Of a stretch of DNA of 64,000 nt, positions 37,287-50,600 are shown one piece after another. Both the position numbers and the translations under genes were made by a program. The notes beneath the pieces were generated by a model. It saw only the letters and a list, made by a program, of their open reading frames with translations. It did not search any database and was not told where the DNA came from. The stretch's first letter is position 1. Each line of letters starts with the position of its first letter. Origin of the DNA: Azolla caroliniana (taxonomy: Eukaryota; Plantae; Polypodiophyta); the NCBI GenBank assembly GCA_043228905.1, contig JBHGNT010000010.1, positions 806,001 to 870,000 of the forward strand. The letters are read 5' to 3'.

Positions 37287-39094
37287 AGTGTTGGATCTCA
37301 TGCTATAGGAGTTAGTTTCATGTAACAAGATTCTAAATATAGCCATACGCATACAATATACTTTATTAGCAAAACAAAGACCATGTTTGGTGTCATTGGA
37401 TATGTATGGCATCAAAGTGAAGGCACATCTTGCTCTTGATATGGGAGTTTGGATGTGAGGTTGAGCACGACCCGGCCGCTACTGAGCATGTTGTTTGCTT
37501 CAATAATTTTCTTGATATTATGTATTAAACTACTTGCAACTATATTCAACTTGAGTTGTTCTCCTTTGTGTGGAGAGCTTCTAAAGTGGTCTAGAAACTT
37601 TTTATTGTTTTTTGGTAGTTGTCCAATTTCCTAGGCGTCCTTGAGCATGCAATTTGGAAGCATCCTTGAGCATTGTCTTTACTATTGATATGTATGTGTA
37701 AACTCTTTGAATGACTCGTGTTTCGTGTTCCTTGAAGTTTTATGGAGTATAAAATTGTCCTCTTGGCCACTAAATATCAATGTAGAAACTTCCTTTGTAT
37801 TTTCTCCATTCCTTTGCATCTTTTGTATTTTCTTTTTTTCATGCGCGAGTTTGTTGAAATATTGCCTTCCCAAACCTTAATTCCATATACCAACGTTTGC
37901 ATCACGCATGCATCAAACACTATCTCTCAAATCTTCCATTTTGCTCAAAGTGGTCAATGCATAAATTCAATCGATTGGCAAGAGGCCCATATAGTTTTTA
38001 TTACGACATACATCCCTTAGCTTGTATAGCATAATCTTTATAATTGTATCATGGAATTCAATCATTTGTAACTTACAATTTATAGACATATACTTGCAAC
38101 AACACGTATTGTATAATTTTAGAATACCTAGCATACAATACACGGAGAATACGTATGTTATGTATGTATTCTACAAGTATTCTTCCTTTTCTTAAAAATA
38201 CTTAGAATACATATTTTATAGATAAAATTCATTAAATACTTAGAGTATGTGTAGAATACTTTAAATACGTAGAATATATTAAATATTTCTTAAAATTTAA
38301 AGTTTTATTTTAAATAATTTCTAAAAAACTTTAAACTTTTTTGAAATGTTAAATACTTCTTAAATACATCGAATACATGTAGAATACTTTATAGAGTATT
38401 CTAAAACATATTCTAAATGTAGAAGACGCATTATTTAACAACTATGGTTTGACATGACAATTATTATTTAAACTAACCTCCTTAATAGAGAAGACAAACT
38501 ATGGGAGTTAAGATAATGATTCAGAAAGGAATTTATAAATTCGACACAATAAGAAGTTAGAGTTCTAAATTCATGCTATGGAGATATACAAGGAGCTGCA
38601 AGACAAAGATCAGCACTTTAATTAATTATCCTACTAATGATATTATGATGCATAATTATAGTCGTGCACAAAAGAGCTTGTTTGGTTACATTGTGATTGT
38701 CATTCTAATTAGTTTGACATAATTATAATCATGTTAATTACACGCTTGTAGATAGACGATAATGATAATGAAAACAATACACTATTTAAATTTACAAGTG
38801 TGTGGAAATCCCCATCGATTCCAAACAATAAATGCCTAATAAATGCTCAAAGATACCCTTTAATATGCTTCAAGGAAATTGATTGAAAACAAGTTCATAT
38901 AGGTAATGATATCAATATCTTGAGTTTCAAAAAGTTAACCCACAGAATATACATGATTCAACTACTTGAAAGAACAATAATATATTGAAGGCAATGATAG
39001 TGCATATGCAACAAAAGTGAGACATAAAGCAACACTAAGATTAATCAATTTGGGCTAATCAAGAGCTAATCAAGCAAATATAGAGGATGCATAC

Positions 39095-39912
39095 CAGGGC
39101 AGGAATTTGACGGGTGTCATGCCCGTCGAAGGCCATTTTGCCCGTCAAAAACATACACATAATAAAAATGCCCGTCAAGTGACATATAAAGTTGAAATAT
39201 CCATTTTTCATGCAAAAGGCCCCTACAAATTATGCATGTCAAATGACATGTTAAAATTCTATTTTCCATGTCATATATATTATATACATATACATATGTC
39301 ACTTATTATAGATATGAAGTGTGTATTATAATATATTAATACTATATAAAAAAAATTCCAAAAATATATATGTTTTTTATAACACGCTTAAAATAATATC
39401 ATTATCATGTAATAATGGTATATATTCTCAAATATTTATTCTTAATTTCTTTACTAATAATATTAGTTGAAATTTGATTGAAATTTTAAACAATAACCTT
39501 TATTAAATACATACTTTAAGAAGTGTATAACTCTAAGAAGTGTATAACTCTAGGTTTGATTTTAATGTTTTAAGTTTTAAGTTAAAACTAATTTTTTTTA
39601 CTTACATAAAATTTTTAGTTAAAATTAAATTTTTACTAACCTTTTTTTCATACTTATTAGTAAAAACATTAACCTAATATTAATTTTATGTATTTCATTA
39701 TCTTTGTGAGGTAGTTATGTTTATTTGTGCATCTTTGTGCACTTTCTATAGTAATGAAATGTATAACAATGAAGCATAATATAGAACTTTCATTATTAAA
39801 ATTTGTATGTCAAATGACATGTTAGTTTTTGCACTCTTGTGTCATATGACATACATCTTTAAAAAATGCCCGTCAAAAAACTTTTATACTAACCCGTCAA
39901 ATTCAAGCCCTG
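39095..39912. mobile_element. Non-autonomous hAT DNA transposon (MITE-like, 818 bp)
   Basis: TIRs CAGGGCAGGAATTTGACGGG and cccgtcaaattcaagccctg match at 18/20. The 8-bp TSD ATGCATAC is at 39087-39094 and 39913-39920. Subterminal CCCGTC motifs are repeated and the interior is AT-rich. Confidence 0.95.
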
Positions 39913-42900
39913 ATGCATACCATGTATAGGCCACCAAAGGCATCAATACCCAAAATGAGTCTTCATTTATTATTAAAAGACTGAACATGCTCTTTGTGTT
40001 TGTTGCATGTGTAGAGATGAAAGGGATAGAAACAAATTATTTGCATGAAGAGGTACAATAATACCTTTGTAAAATCTTCTCAATTTGGTGGTATCCATTG
40101 GCCATGACTCGAAAACTACACAATGTATAGACACATAGAGTTTGGAAACTTATTGTCCTTGATAGTGTTTATAACTCTATTGACCACCTTTTCACCTAAC
40201 ATATTTGAAATGCACATAAAGAACACATGCAGACCACAATATGTTTTGAACATATAGGTGTGTTTTCATGAACCCTCGCATTTGAACTTTTTCACTCTTT
40301 CATTTTGTGGAGAGAATTTTGTCTACATGAGACTTTTAAAATTTGTGAAACAAATTATTGCAACATGCATGTTATATCATCAATTTGGGTGCTCTTACAT
40401 AGCTTGAAAATTAGGGAATTATATGTGTTCATGTTCAAGTATGTCTAGCCTGTTTGAACATTGCTAACAAGCATTGGCAAATGTCATGGTATGGTTGCCA
40501 TTTTAGCAAAACAAGTATCAATTCATACTGCATACTTTCTATCACATATTAGAAAAACTTGTTTACTAGGCCTAACTTCATTGAGAGAAAAAAAATGCAT
40601 GTAAGGCTTATATAGGGTGAATATATTCATTGACAAAAAAAATCCTAAGGAGAAACCAACTACAGTCTACAACCATGTACAATTTGCTATGCTGGTAGTT
40701 TGAAATTTTTACTTTAAACCATTTATTTCATAGATTTCTTAGATTTCAAGATGCAAGAGTTTTCTTATGAGTTTGATAGCCACCAATACCATAATTTGCT
40801 TGTGAAGCTACAGAAAAACTATGGAATTTGCATAAGTATGCCCTTCAACTCATCTCATAGTACACCTCATTCTCCACAAAATATTATTGTATGCAATATG
40901 TTACAATGTTCAATTGGCACCAGCTAATTGATTGTACACAATGTCCTTGAATGATTATAGTATGAATTTTGAATGTGAGTGTTGGAGCCACCTAATAAAA
41001 GGACATGATAAAAAATGCATAGATGCACCCTTTTATCCATGTTACAAAAGTTACGTAGGTGTACATATACATGGTTTTATTCAATGCAAATGTACGTGTG
41101 AATAATACATTATTTGGCAAACAATGCATGATTACATAATTAACAAAGACAACGTGTTTCTAACGCAATGTGAAAGCATTGCCTTTACACATTGTGTAAG
41201 AACCCTAGACATCTTGACCAATTACAACTTTAGATCACAAGAAACAAGTACATAAGTTGTATTGGAGAAACAGAGATAACATATGAATCCCGTAGAGCCA
41301 CATCATGGCCGATTTGATGTGTATATACAATAGCCAAATAGTTTTGTATACCATATCTCCAAGATTACTATGCTCCACTTCCCCCAAACCGCAAATGATC
41401 ACATGTTCCACAAAGTCGCCTTATCTAGAAATCTATCATTTGTGCTTAAAGTTTTGTGAGATTATGCTTGTGTGTTCAAGTCTTGAGCAAATGAGCAAAG
41501 GTTTAAATGCGAAGTCCACTTGAGAAGTCTTGATAATTGGTTTGAGTTATTGTTATTGGTTCAACAAGATTAACATTGACCGGTTTCCTAGCACAAGAGT
41601 GGATAAAAAAAATGGTCCAAGAAAGAAAAAGATGATAAATCATATGGTTACAAACTTAAGCTAATTATGTACCATTTATAGGCATCTTCACGTGTATAGA
41701 TGTAAACACGTATAGATGCAACCATACATATAAGAATTTAGATGCACGTGCATATACAAATGCTCTATGGATCTTAATGTGAAATATATTAAGCATTCTT
41801 TTTATCTCTATGTTAAATCTGTTGTACACAAAAATTGCAAGTTTGAAAATGACATCAATTGTATGCTCATAACATTCATATGAGGTTAAATAGTTATTTG
41901 CCACTAGCATGGGCCTACAAATAATGTGTGTTTCGTATAGTGCAATCGTTATGCAAATAACACATTCTTTCAACTATCTTGTTCACCTTATATACAACCA
42001 TATGTTGCCCAACGTAAGCCAATAGTTTTATGATCAAATTTGACATTAATTCCTTAATATGGTTTTAGAGCCTTTGAAGGGAGAGTTACATGTTGAATTT
42101 TATTTTTTATTATTTGATAGAAATAAGTTGATCATTGTCGTCATTCTTTTGGGAAAACAAAATTTGGTTAAAAGTTACATGATTGGATAGTTTCATGTAG
42201 CTTTTCCCTTTCACTGTGAGAGAAGGGTAGCTAGCTACAAGTGATATGGAGCCAATATGTTATGAAATCTTGATTCAGATATAACAATTAGAAAAAAATG
42301 TAGAATTTCTTAAGGCTAGTGGCTTATTCGAGGATGGTTGAAGTCAATAATGGAGGAAATTGTCTAAGAATTGAATATTATATTTGTCAAGCAATAAACA
42401 ACATACAAAGGTAGTCAACAAAGTTCCAAGTCATGGCCATTCTCATTCTTAGATGTGGAGCAAACAAAAATAATTTTAACACTAGAAAGATTGTTCATAG
42501 AATCAATTACAAAAGCACCAGTGATGCATGTACAAATGGGTGATTGATGGCAATAGAAAACCGGAGACTAGTCAATGTTCACTAGTAATAAAAGCCACAA
42601 GGATGGGTTCATGAGAGCGGGGTTGATATTTGTTGGGGCTTAATGGATGAATAAAAACATGTGTCACAATAATGATGTTTAACGAGACAAAATAGTTAGC
42701 AAGTATCATCATTGGGTTACCTAACCGTCTTCGTACATTGTTCTTCTTATGGTATATGATGGAAAACAAAGGCACCTTCATCTTGTCCAACCAATAAGGA
42801 TTGGCAGAGGGGTACATCCATTGGAGGGGTAAAGGGAACACATGACTTCTGTCCATCCATTGGGTTTAGAGGGAACACTATCCAATCTATATATTGTCTT

Positions 42901-44665
42901 TAACCTAGTTTTGAATAAGAGTTGATTATTTCCCCCCTTGACTCTTTCTCTTTCATATTATAGCACCCTAACTTTCTCTCTCTCTCACACAGACACACAT
43001 TTGTAATCATGATTTGTCTTATAGGCTGATTTTGGCCTCTCATTGAAAAACTAATTTATTTATTTCATTTTTTTTCCCAATCTCATTGGCCATTAACGCG
43101 CACGACCTTCTTATTAGCTTGGTAAGGCCGATATTGACACCATCAACTATGCAAGATTTCATGGGGTGACATATACCTCTCACCTTATCATATTGTAACT
43201 TTACGTCCTTGTCTCAGTCTCGAGATGTAGGATTTGTAATATTTTTATGCACTATTTTCCTGTTCCACAACCTTTGTTATTGTTATTTTCTTCCTTAAGC
43301 CTTATTTCATTTTAGGCTTCTTATATACATTAACATAATTTTTATTTCCCTTTCCCTTTCTTTTGGTTTCACCTCCAACAATTCCAATTCAAACAACGGT
43401 TCAACTTAGAACCTCTTGGGTGTCTCAATGACGCTCAAATGCCTTTAGCCTCAAGCCATTTCAAACAAACGACAACATGCAACATATAGCTTCCTAGAGT
43501 AGGTTCACATGCAACATACAAATAAATGACATACGGCATGCATCTTGTGCATACAGTTTATCGAGCGAGAGAGTGCGGAGGCACGTTTGACTTTAATGAC
43601 ACCTCTCAAAAATGTAATGGTAATCCACAAAGCGAATATTTTGTCTACAAAGTAATCGTGACAGCTTTCTCATTCTGTGAACCATCACCGTTGATGTGTA
43701 TGTCGGTATGAGTTCCATGACAACCGATCAAGGCTCCAAACTAGTCCTAGGCTTTCCTGTGAGTGTTGCATGTCACATGGCTTTTACCTTGAGGTGTTTC
43801 GTAGGGCACACATTACAAGGGGCTTCCGGATCTACCTCTCCTATGTGAACAAAGGCTTAATATAGCAAGCATGTGCCAAGGGTTGTACGAACATAGATAG
43901 ATAGATAGGTATGTATGGTGTCGCCTTTAGGCTTTTACCGAAAGAGAAAAGAGAGAAAGGATAGGTAGGTATCACTACTCGACGCACCGAAACCGAACGG
44001 GGTCGAAAGTGAGAGGAGGGCTATTGGGAGGTGAGAGGAATGAGAAATGGTTGGTTACTTAGGAATGGTATTCCTATTCCTAAATTCTAATCAATCAAGA
44101 GAGAAGAAGAGTAGCCAATCTCTCCTTTTTAGAAGAAGAAGAAGAAGAAGAAGAAGAAGAAGCCCACATGAAAAGGTATTCTCCTTCACAGAAGAGTGTG
44201 GGCAAGGCAGGCAATGACAAGTGTTAGGATGAGTACATGAAATTGGTGAGTACTCTCTCTCTCTCTCTCTCTCAGTTCACACACACACACACACAGAGTT
44301 TTTCCTTTTCCCCTCTTTACCTTTATCTTTCTTGGGCATGCTCTGTTCCCCCCTCACCATTTCATCTCCAACTTCCCCCAACCAAAGGAGGGACTCTCAT
44401 TCAGTATTCAGCATCCAGCATCCAGCATCCAGCATCGATTTGTTTTCTCTGTATAAAACATCTGATCCGTTTCATTGGGGTTTTGATCCCCCCCCCCCCT
44501 CCCCCCCCTCGCAAAACAGCTTAAAGAGTTACCTATCCCTCAATTGGCTCCTGAAACTCTGCGGAAGTTGCTTGGCCGCTGCATCAATTGTTGGCAAATT
44601 TTATCAGCAATCCTCTTGGGTTGGAATTTTATGTGCTGCCGCATGGAGATTCACATGCATTAGAT

Positions 44666-47600
44666 ATGTTCTTTCGAGATCCAATGGAGAAATTGCAAGG
44701 AATTCAATATAGAAGCGAAGATGTCCCAGCCATGCAATTCTGGCCCATTCAACATGAATTTTTCCCAAGTCAAAAGGCTCAAATTGCATCTGACTTGGAG
44801 GAACCAACTGTGAGGAGTAATTTTACCGATGTAAATAAGGCCAAGATAGATGCTTTTGGTAGCATGAATTGGAAGGATTCTTGGGAGTGGGATAGTTTCG
44901 TTATGTCTGCCCGCCCATCTTCTATGAATACCAACGCATCACCACAGGTTCATCATGGTTCTTCTATACCCATATCCTCCTCCTCATTCCACAAACGTGA
45001 AGCAAATGAGTTGGTATCTAATGAACCAACCTTGCTTGAACTTGGGCTAAGCTCCTCATTATCATCAACAAGAAGAAAAACAGATGATGATAATCTCTTA
45101 GCTTTAAAGCTTGGTGGGAATGGTCACATGTGGAGATCAGAGGAAATTCCACAACAGAATGTCAAAAGGAGTAGGCATTCACCACCGGAAACGCAACCTC
45201 CCCGGTGCCAGGTTGATAACTGCACTATGGATCTGAAAAATGCAAAGGATTACCACCGTCGTCATAAGGTCTGTGAGCTCCATGCAAAGGCCTCAAAAGC
45301 TCCTGTATCTGGCATGTTGCAAAGGTTCTGTCAGCAGTGTAGCAGGTTTGTATTTTATTGTTATATAAGCAGTTGGACATTTGCATACAAATGACTGTAC
45401 CAATTATGCAATCGTGTCTTATATACTTGTTGCTACATATATTGCACTTTTGCACACATACGTATTATTCTATCTCTGGCTATGAATTTAGTTCTATGTG
45501 ATTAATTTCACATTTGCACACATCCACCATGCAATATTGTGCTATGAACTTATTTCACATTTGCACACATACCCACCAGCCAAGCTTCAAGTACATACAT
45601 AAGGGGATTAGATCTATGTTTTTAACAAAAGGAAGTTGATACTTTTTCAGATTCCATGTGCTACACGAATTTGATGACGACAGAAGAAGCTGCCGGAGAC
45701 GGCTGGCTGGGCATAACCGGCGGAGAAGAAAGAATCAACCAGATGCAACTGCTGCTTTAGCAAGTATTTTGGCTGATCAAAATGCTCTCTCAAAGATAAT
45801 GAATCCACTAGGTCCACTTCAAGGTTGGGTTTACGCTTTTCTTGAACTGTTTTGTGTTAGTGGTAGACTAAGTAAGGATAAATCAGAAAGTTTTCTATTT
45901 CAATAGGTGTGGGACTTTTTATCAATTTAATTGGCACAAACCTATTAAGGATTCATTGGAATGTGCTCCAATGAATCTGGCTAAGTGCAAATTTTAGTTT
46001 TAGTTGGTGTTGGCACTTGTCACATCGTAGAAAAATAATTTAGTTTATCCATGAGAAAGAATATTTGTGTAGGAAGTCTGACAGAACATGATATGAGATA
46101 TTTCACATATTGAGATGAAGAGCATAGCAAATGAGAAATAATGAATTTTGTCTGTTTTAAATAGTGTCATATGCATCAGTTATGGGATTATGCGAGGTTT
46201 TTAAACTGGGTAAAAATTTGAAGTGGGGTATTTTGACTGAATAGAAAATTAAGGTTCAAGCTTTTTCTCTTTTTTCTCTCCAACAGCAAAGGATGAAGTT
46301 GACAAGCTTCTTAAGTTACTTGGTGGGGGAGAGACACTTTTGGAGACCCTAATGAGCTCAGCTGCAACAATAGGAGAGACATGCAACAAATCTTCAGCTC
46401 TAGGGGCTGCAACAACCAATAACCTTGTGAATACAATTGCCAAGTCACAAGTCCTTGGCAATCTGTTGCTTTCGAACCCCAATCTGACTTGCAACTTGTC
46501 AGCTACAACAGCATCTACTGGAGCTTCAATTGCAGCTCTTTCTAATGCAGTTCTGTTATCACTTATGCAATCACAACAGAAGATTGATGCAAATGTGAGT
46601 AGTGGTGATCATATCCCTAATAATGAAAGAAATTCAGAGATTTGCACAAATGCATTTAGTCCTGGAAAAGTTACCCAGCAAGATACATTTGCCGTGCCCA
46701 ATTTTAGGGCTCAACCAATTTCTGCTACATTGCCAAACTCAGGTTTAATGGGGAAGCCTATTACACCTCCCATATGTAGTGACAATTCAAATGAATCCAA
46801 TGGAGATTCTGCAGATGAAAGGATTCATAGTGGTTATACTCAAGAGGGAGGCTATCAAGAAAGGTATCCCAGAAATCTCATGGAAGGACAAATTCAAGAT
46901 TGTGACAATGAAAAGAACTTCCCAACAGCCAGAGTTCAGAATTTAGGTTGCATAGAGAGTCACTCTCCCGATGAGCATTTTGATACAGTGGTTGTGGGTT
47001 CTGATCATTCCTCAGATACCAGTCTCGACAAGCAGGTATTTGTTCTTTCAACATGTGTATGTACTACATATATGTGAGCACACTGAAGTTAGTAAAATGA
47101 AATTGACAACTTTGTACTTTTGTGAGCTGGATACTTTACACATAAAGGTTGCATTGTATGTTCAAGAAACTATCGATGTATTCTTTGATTTGTTTGTGCT
47201 TTCCCATCTGGATCACCTTTAGGTGACCTGTTACGGGCCTGACCATATAATATCCCATGGTGAGAATTTACCGTAGTATTCTATACACATGGATAAAGTG
47301 TGAGGGTTAAACGAGAGTGTAAAGAAGGGGAGGATTACTTCTAATCCTTGGGATTGAGCCAAACCTAAGGCCCCCATGCCAGTTCACACTTGGCCTTATG
47401 GGTTGTCTCAATCCCAAGGATTAAAAGTAATCCTCCCCGTCTTTACACTCTCGTTTAACCCTCACACTTTATCCATGTGTATAGAATACTACGGTAAATT
47501 CTCACCACGGGATATTATATGGTCATGCCCATAACATGACCTGTTTGGAATCTTATCTTGTTAAAGAATTAAGTTCATTCTCATCATATAGTTCATGGAT

Positions 47601-50600
47601 TCTTCTGATATACAGGAACAAACATTTCAATTGTGGTTTAAGATCTTTGACAGAGGTCCTGGAGATCTGCCATCTTCACTCCGAAAACAAGTAGATATTT
47701 CAGTGTCTTAATGTATCTCATTATGTTGATTGGTAGTCTTATTATGAATGAATTTTTAACTTATCCTCTATTAATTTCTGTTTTCTGCATCTCTTAGATG
47801 CTTGAGTGGTTGGACCATTTGCCTACTGAAATGGAAGGCTATATCAGACCAGGCTGTATTATACTTTCCATCTTCATATGCATGCCGGTTCATGCATGGG
47901 AAAAGGTAATGCTTTGAAAATCCAAGCAATATCCTTACTAGTAAAGAGATGTTGGTCACTTTATTGCTTGCTTATAAATAATCCAGAATATGGATAATTA
48001 ATAGAGAACTAGTTTACAGTTATGTAGAAATATTGAAGAGAAACTGCACAAACTCGTATGGAGCTCAGAAGGGGAATTTTTGCGTAAAGGCCAAGTGTTG
48101 GTGCAGTTAGGGGATGCTAGTGCTCTCATTGTTGATGGTAGGTGATTCATATTTGGGAAAACTAAGTCTTTGCAGCATTCAACTAACCTGTCTGTGCTAT
48201 AACACAGGAAAAGTGATGCGGAACACAATTCCAAGGGTTATGCAAAGGCCAAATTTGACTCTGGTACGACCCTTCGCTGTAATTGTTGGGGAAAAAGTAG
48301 ATCTGACCCTGAAAGGTTATGACCTGAAAAGCATGGGCACAAAGTAAGGAATGTCTCCTTGTGTTTATTCTGCATTGATTTCATTTACAATCATAATCAT
48401 GGATCTCGTTGATGCCAATGTCTTCTTGTGTTGCAAACTAACACTTCTTTTAAACTTTCAGAGTAATATGTTCGTATGAAGGAAAATGTATAGAGAGAGA
48501 AGTGGCTTTTACAACTACTTTGCAGCTCAAAAAACGAGAGAGAGAGGAAGATCAAGATTTAACTCCTTTAGAAACTGAAGAGCAGGATATTTCTTTTCAT
48601 GTGGGGCCTTTCAACAATCAAGGACATGGTTTCATCGAGGTAAGTGGATGGGCAGAAAGAAAATTCAATTATCTTCTTTAGAGAATTCCTTTCTAGAGAG
48701 AGAGAGAGAGAGTATATTAATGTCGAGTATAAATCAATCTTTGGGGCATATCAAACATACAGTGTTATCAATTGTCCAAACTACCCAACTGTTCATGGTC
48801 AAGTCATTTCGATGATTATAATTGTTGGGCTCATTTTCTACTCAGGTAGGAATTTGTCCAGGATTCTAGTTTTGGTTGCGAGATGTTAGATATTGATACT
48901 TTATCATGTGGAAGGACTGTGCTGAGGCCATGTTTGATGGATAGTGGTCATTTGTTGTGCACTCACAGCCCAGATCACATTGATGCTGGAAAATTTGGCA
49001 TTCCTTTATTAATTAGATATGTTAGGCATCAGCCACAGAGTGTCCAATGCTTTAGATCGGCCAGCACAGGGACAATTTTGGTTATTAAAGCAGAATGATT
49101 TTCACATTCGATTTGTTGAGAATCAATCTCAACTCGTGTGAACATGTGCTTATGAAGAAAAGCACAATCTGCGAAAAAGTGCGTGAGCACACTTTATTGT
49201 AATCCATCGTGTAGTTGTCAAGTGTAAATGTGGTCAAAGAATATCAAATATTCTTATGACATAATCATACTCGAGTGAATATTTTGATTGGATTCCACCA
49301 ACCACATTTAATGTGGCAGTCCCTTGAGGACTTGTATATATAACCCCCTTGGCCCATTGTGTTTAGTTGATGATCTTTAGTTTATTAATGTAGTTTTCTC
49401 TTCCATGCATAAGTTGTCATCCCCCTACCGTGTATTTTATTATTTCTGGCTATTTTCTGTGATTCCTTCTCTTGCTCACACATGCACTACGCTTCCACAT
49501 ACCCCAACTCTATGAGAGTTAGATTCTTTACACGATTGAGTAGGCTGATTTGGGATCAGGTTTTCTTACTGGCCCTGGATAAAAAAAGACATTGTAGATG
49601 TGTTATCTTCTTTTGGGGATCCATTAATCAATGTTACAATGTAAACAATATCTTCTCCACAATTATTTACATTATTATGATGCACTTGGAAGAGGTAGTG
49701 CTCAGAATGATAGACATATAGATTGGTACATTAATTCTCTGTAGATAGGTAGACATAATTTGGTATATTCATTTATTGTAGATAGATAGCTATAATAATT
49801 CACTGTACATGTAAGATTATCAGATCAGATATATTGTAATTTTTGTTTTCAAAATATCTCTAGCATAGGTTGATCCAAAATGGAGAGGTCTCTGAAGTGA
49901 GAGAAATACTTCTAATGGCAAGAGATAATGGCCTTTATCTGTCAATGACAAGGGTCGTGAGATTGTGGTCCATGAGGTTGGGGCCTACGTGCACGGAAAA
50001 TTGCTATTGCCCAATCTATTGCCTTTGCTATGTCCTAGTTGGGAACCCATTTTTATAGCCCTTGATTGACTTGTAGCATGAGGATTGATGGGGATAAAGA
50101 AATTTGTGATTGTTCTTTGTTGATGAGCGTGTGTGGTTGTACTGTTGTCCTTCCAACTCCACGTGTCTCTTGAATTCTAGCAAGAAAAGCCCCAAGTACC
50201 GTTGGTCTCATATTCCATTATCTTGCGTAGTGAAACAAAGCCTTACTTAAAGAGGCAATGGTATCTCCCTCTTATTTCATAAAACACTACAATGACAAAC
50301 ATAGTGTTCTTCAGATTCCGCTCATGATTAGACAATTGGCAAATTCTTTCTTCCAAAGGTATTTGTGCATATCTGCCTACTTCAATCTCTAACTAATCTG
50401 ATGAAGTTCGTGGTTGCTCTATCACACTACATAATGCATAGCATGGATGTACATCCATATAAAATGGCCTGATGATGAATCCATCCTCCAATGTGTGTAA
50501 AAAATGTCGTATAGTCGACCATCTGCATACTAAGTGATGGTTTGGGGCTGATGCATCGTACCTTGTTTTTTCAAGTTAATAATATCAATTCGAATCACTC

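Noticed and set aside
42055-42560. LTR element starting at PBS-like tggttttagagcc
   Set aside because: The downstream sequence is too degenerate to confirm gag, and no LTR pair or TSD was found.
45780-48140. miR156/529 target site in the SPL gene
   Set aside because: Only short partial matches (tgctctctc at 45783, gtgctctc near 48120) were seen, and this SPL type normally lacks the site.
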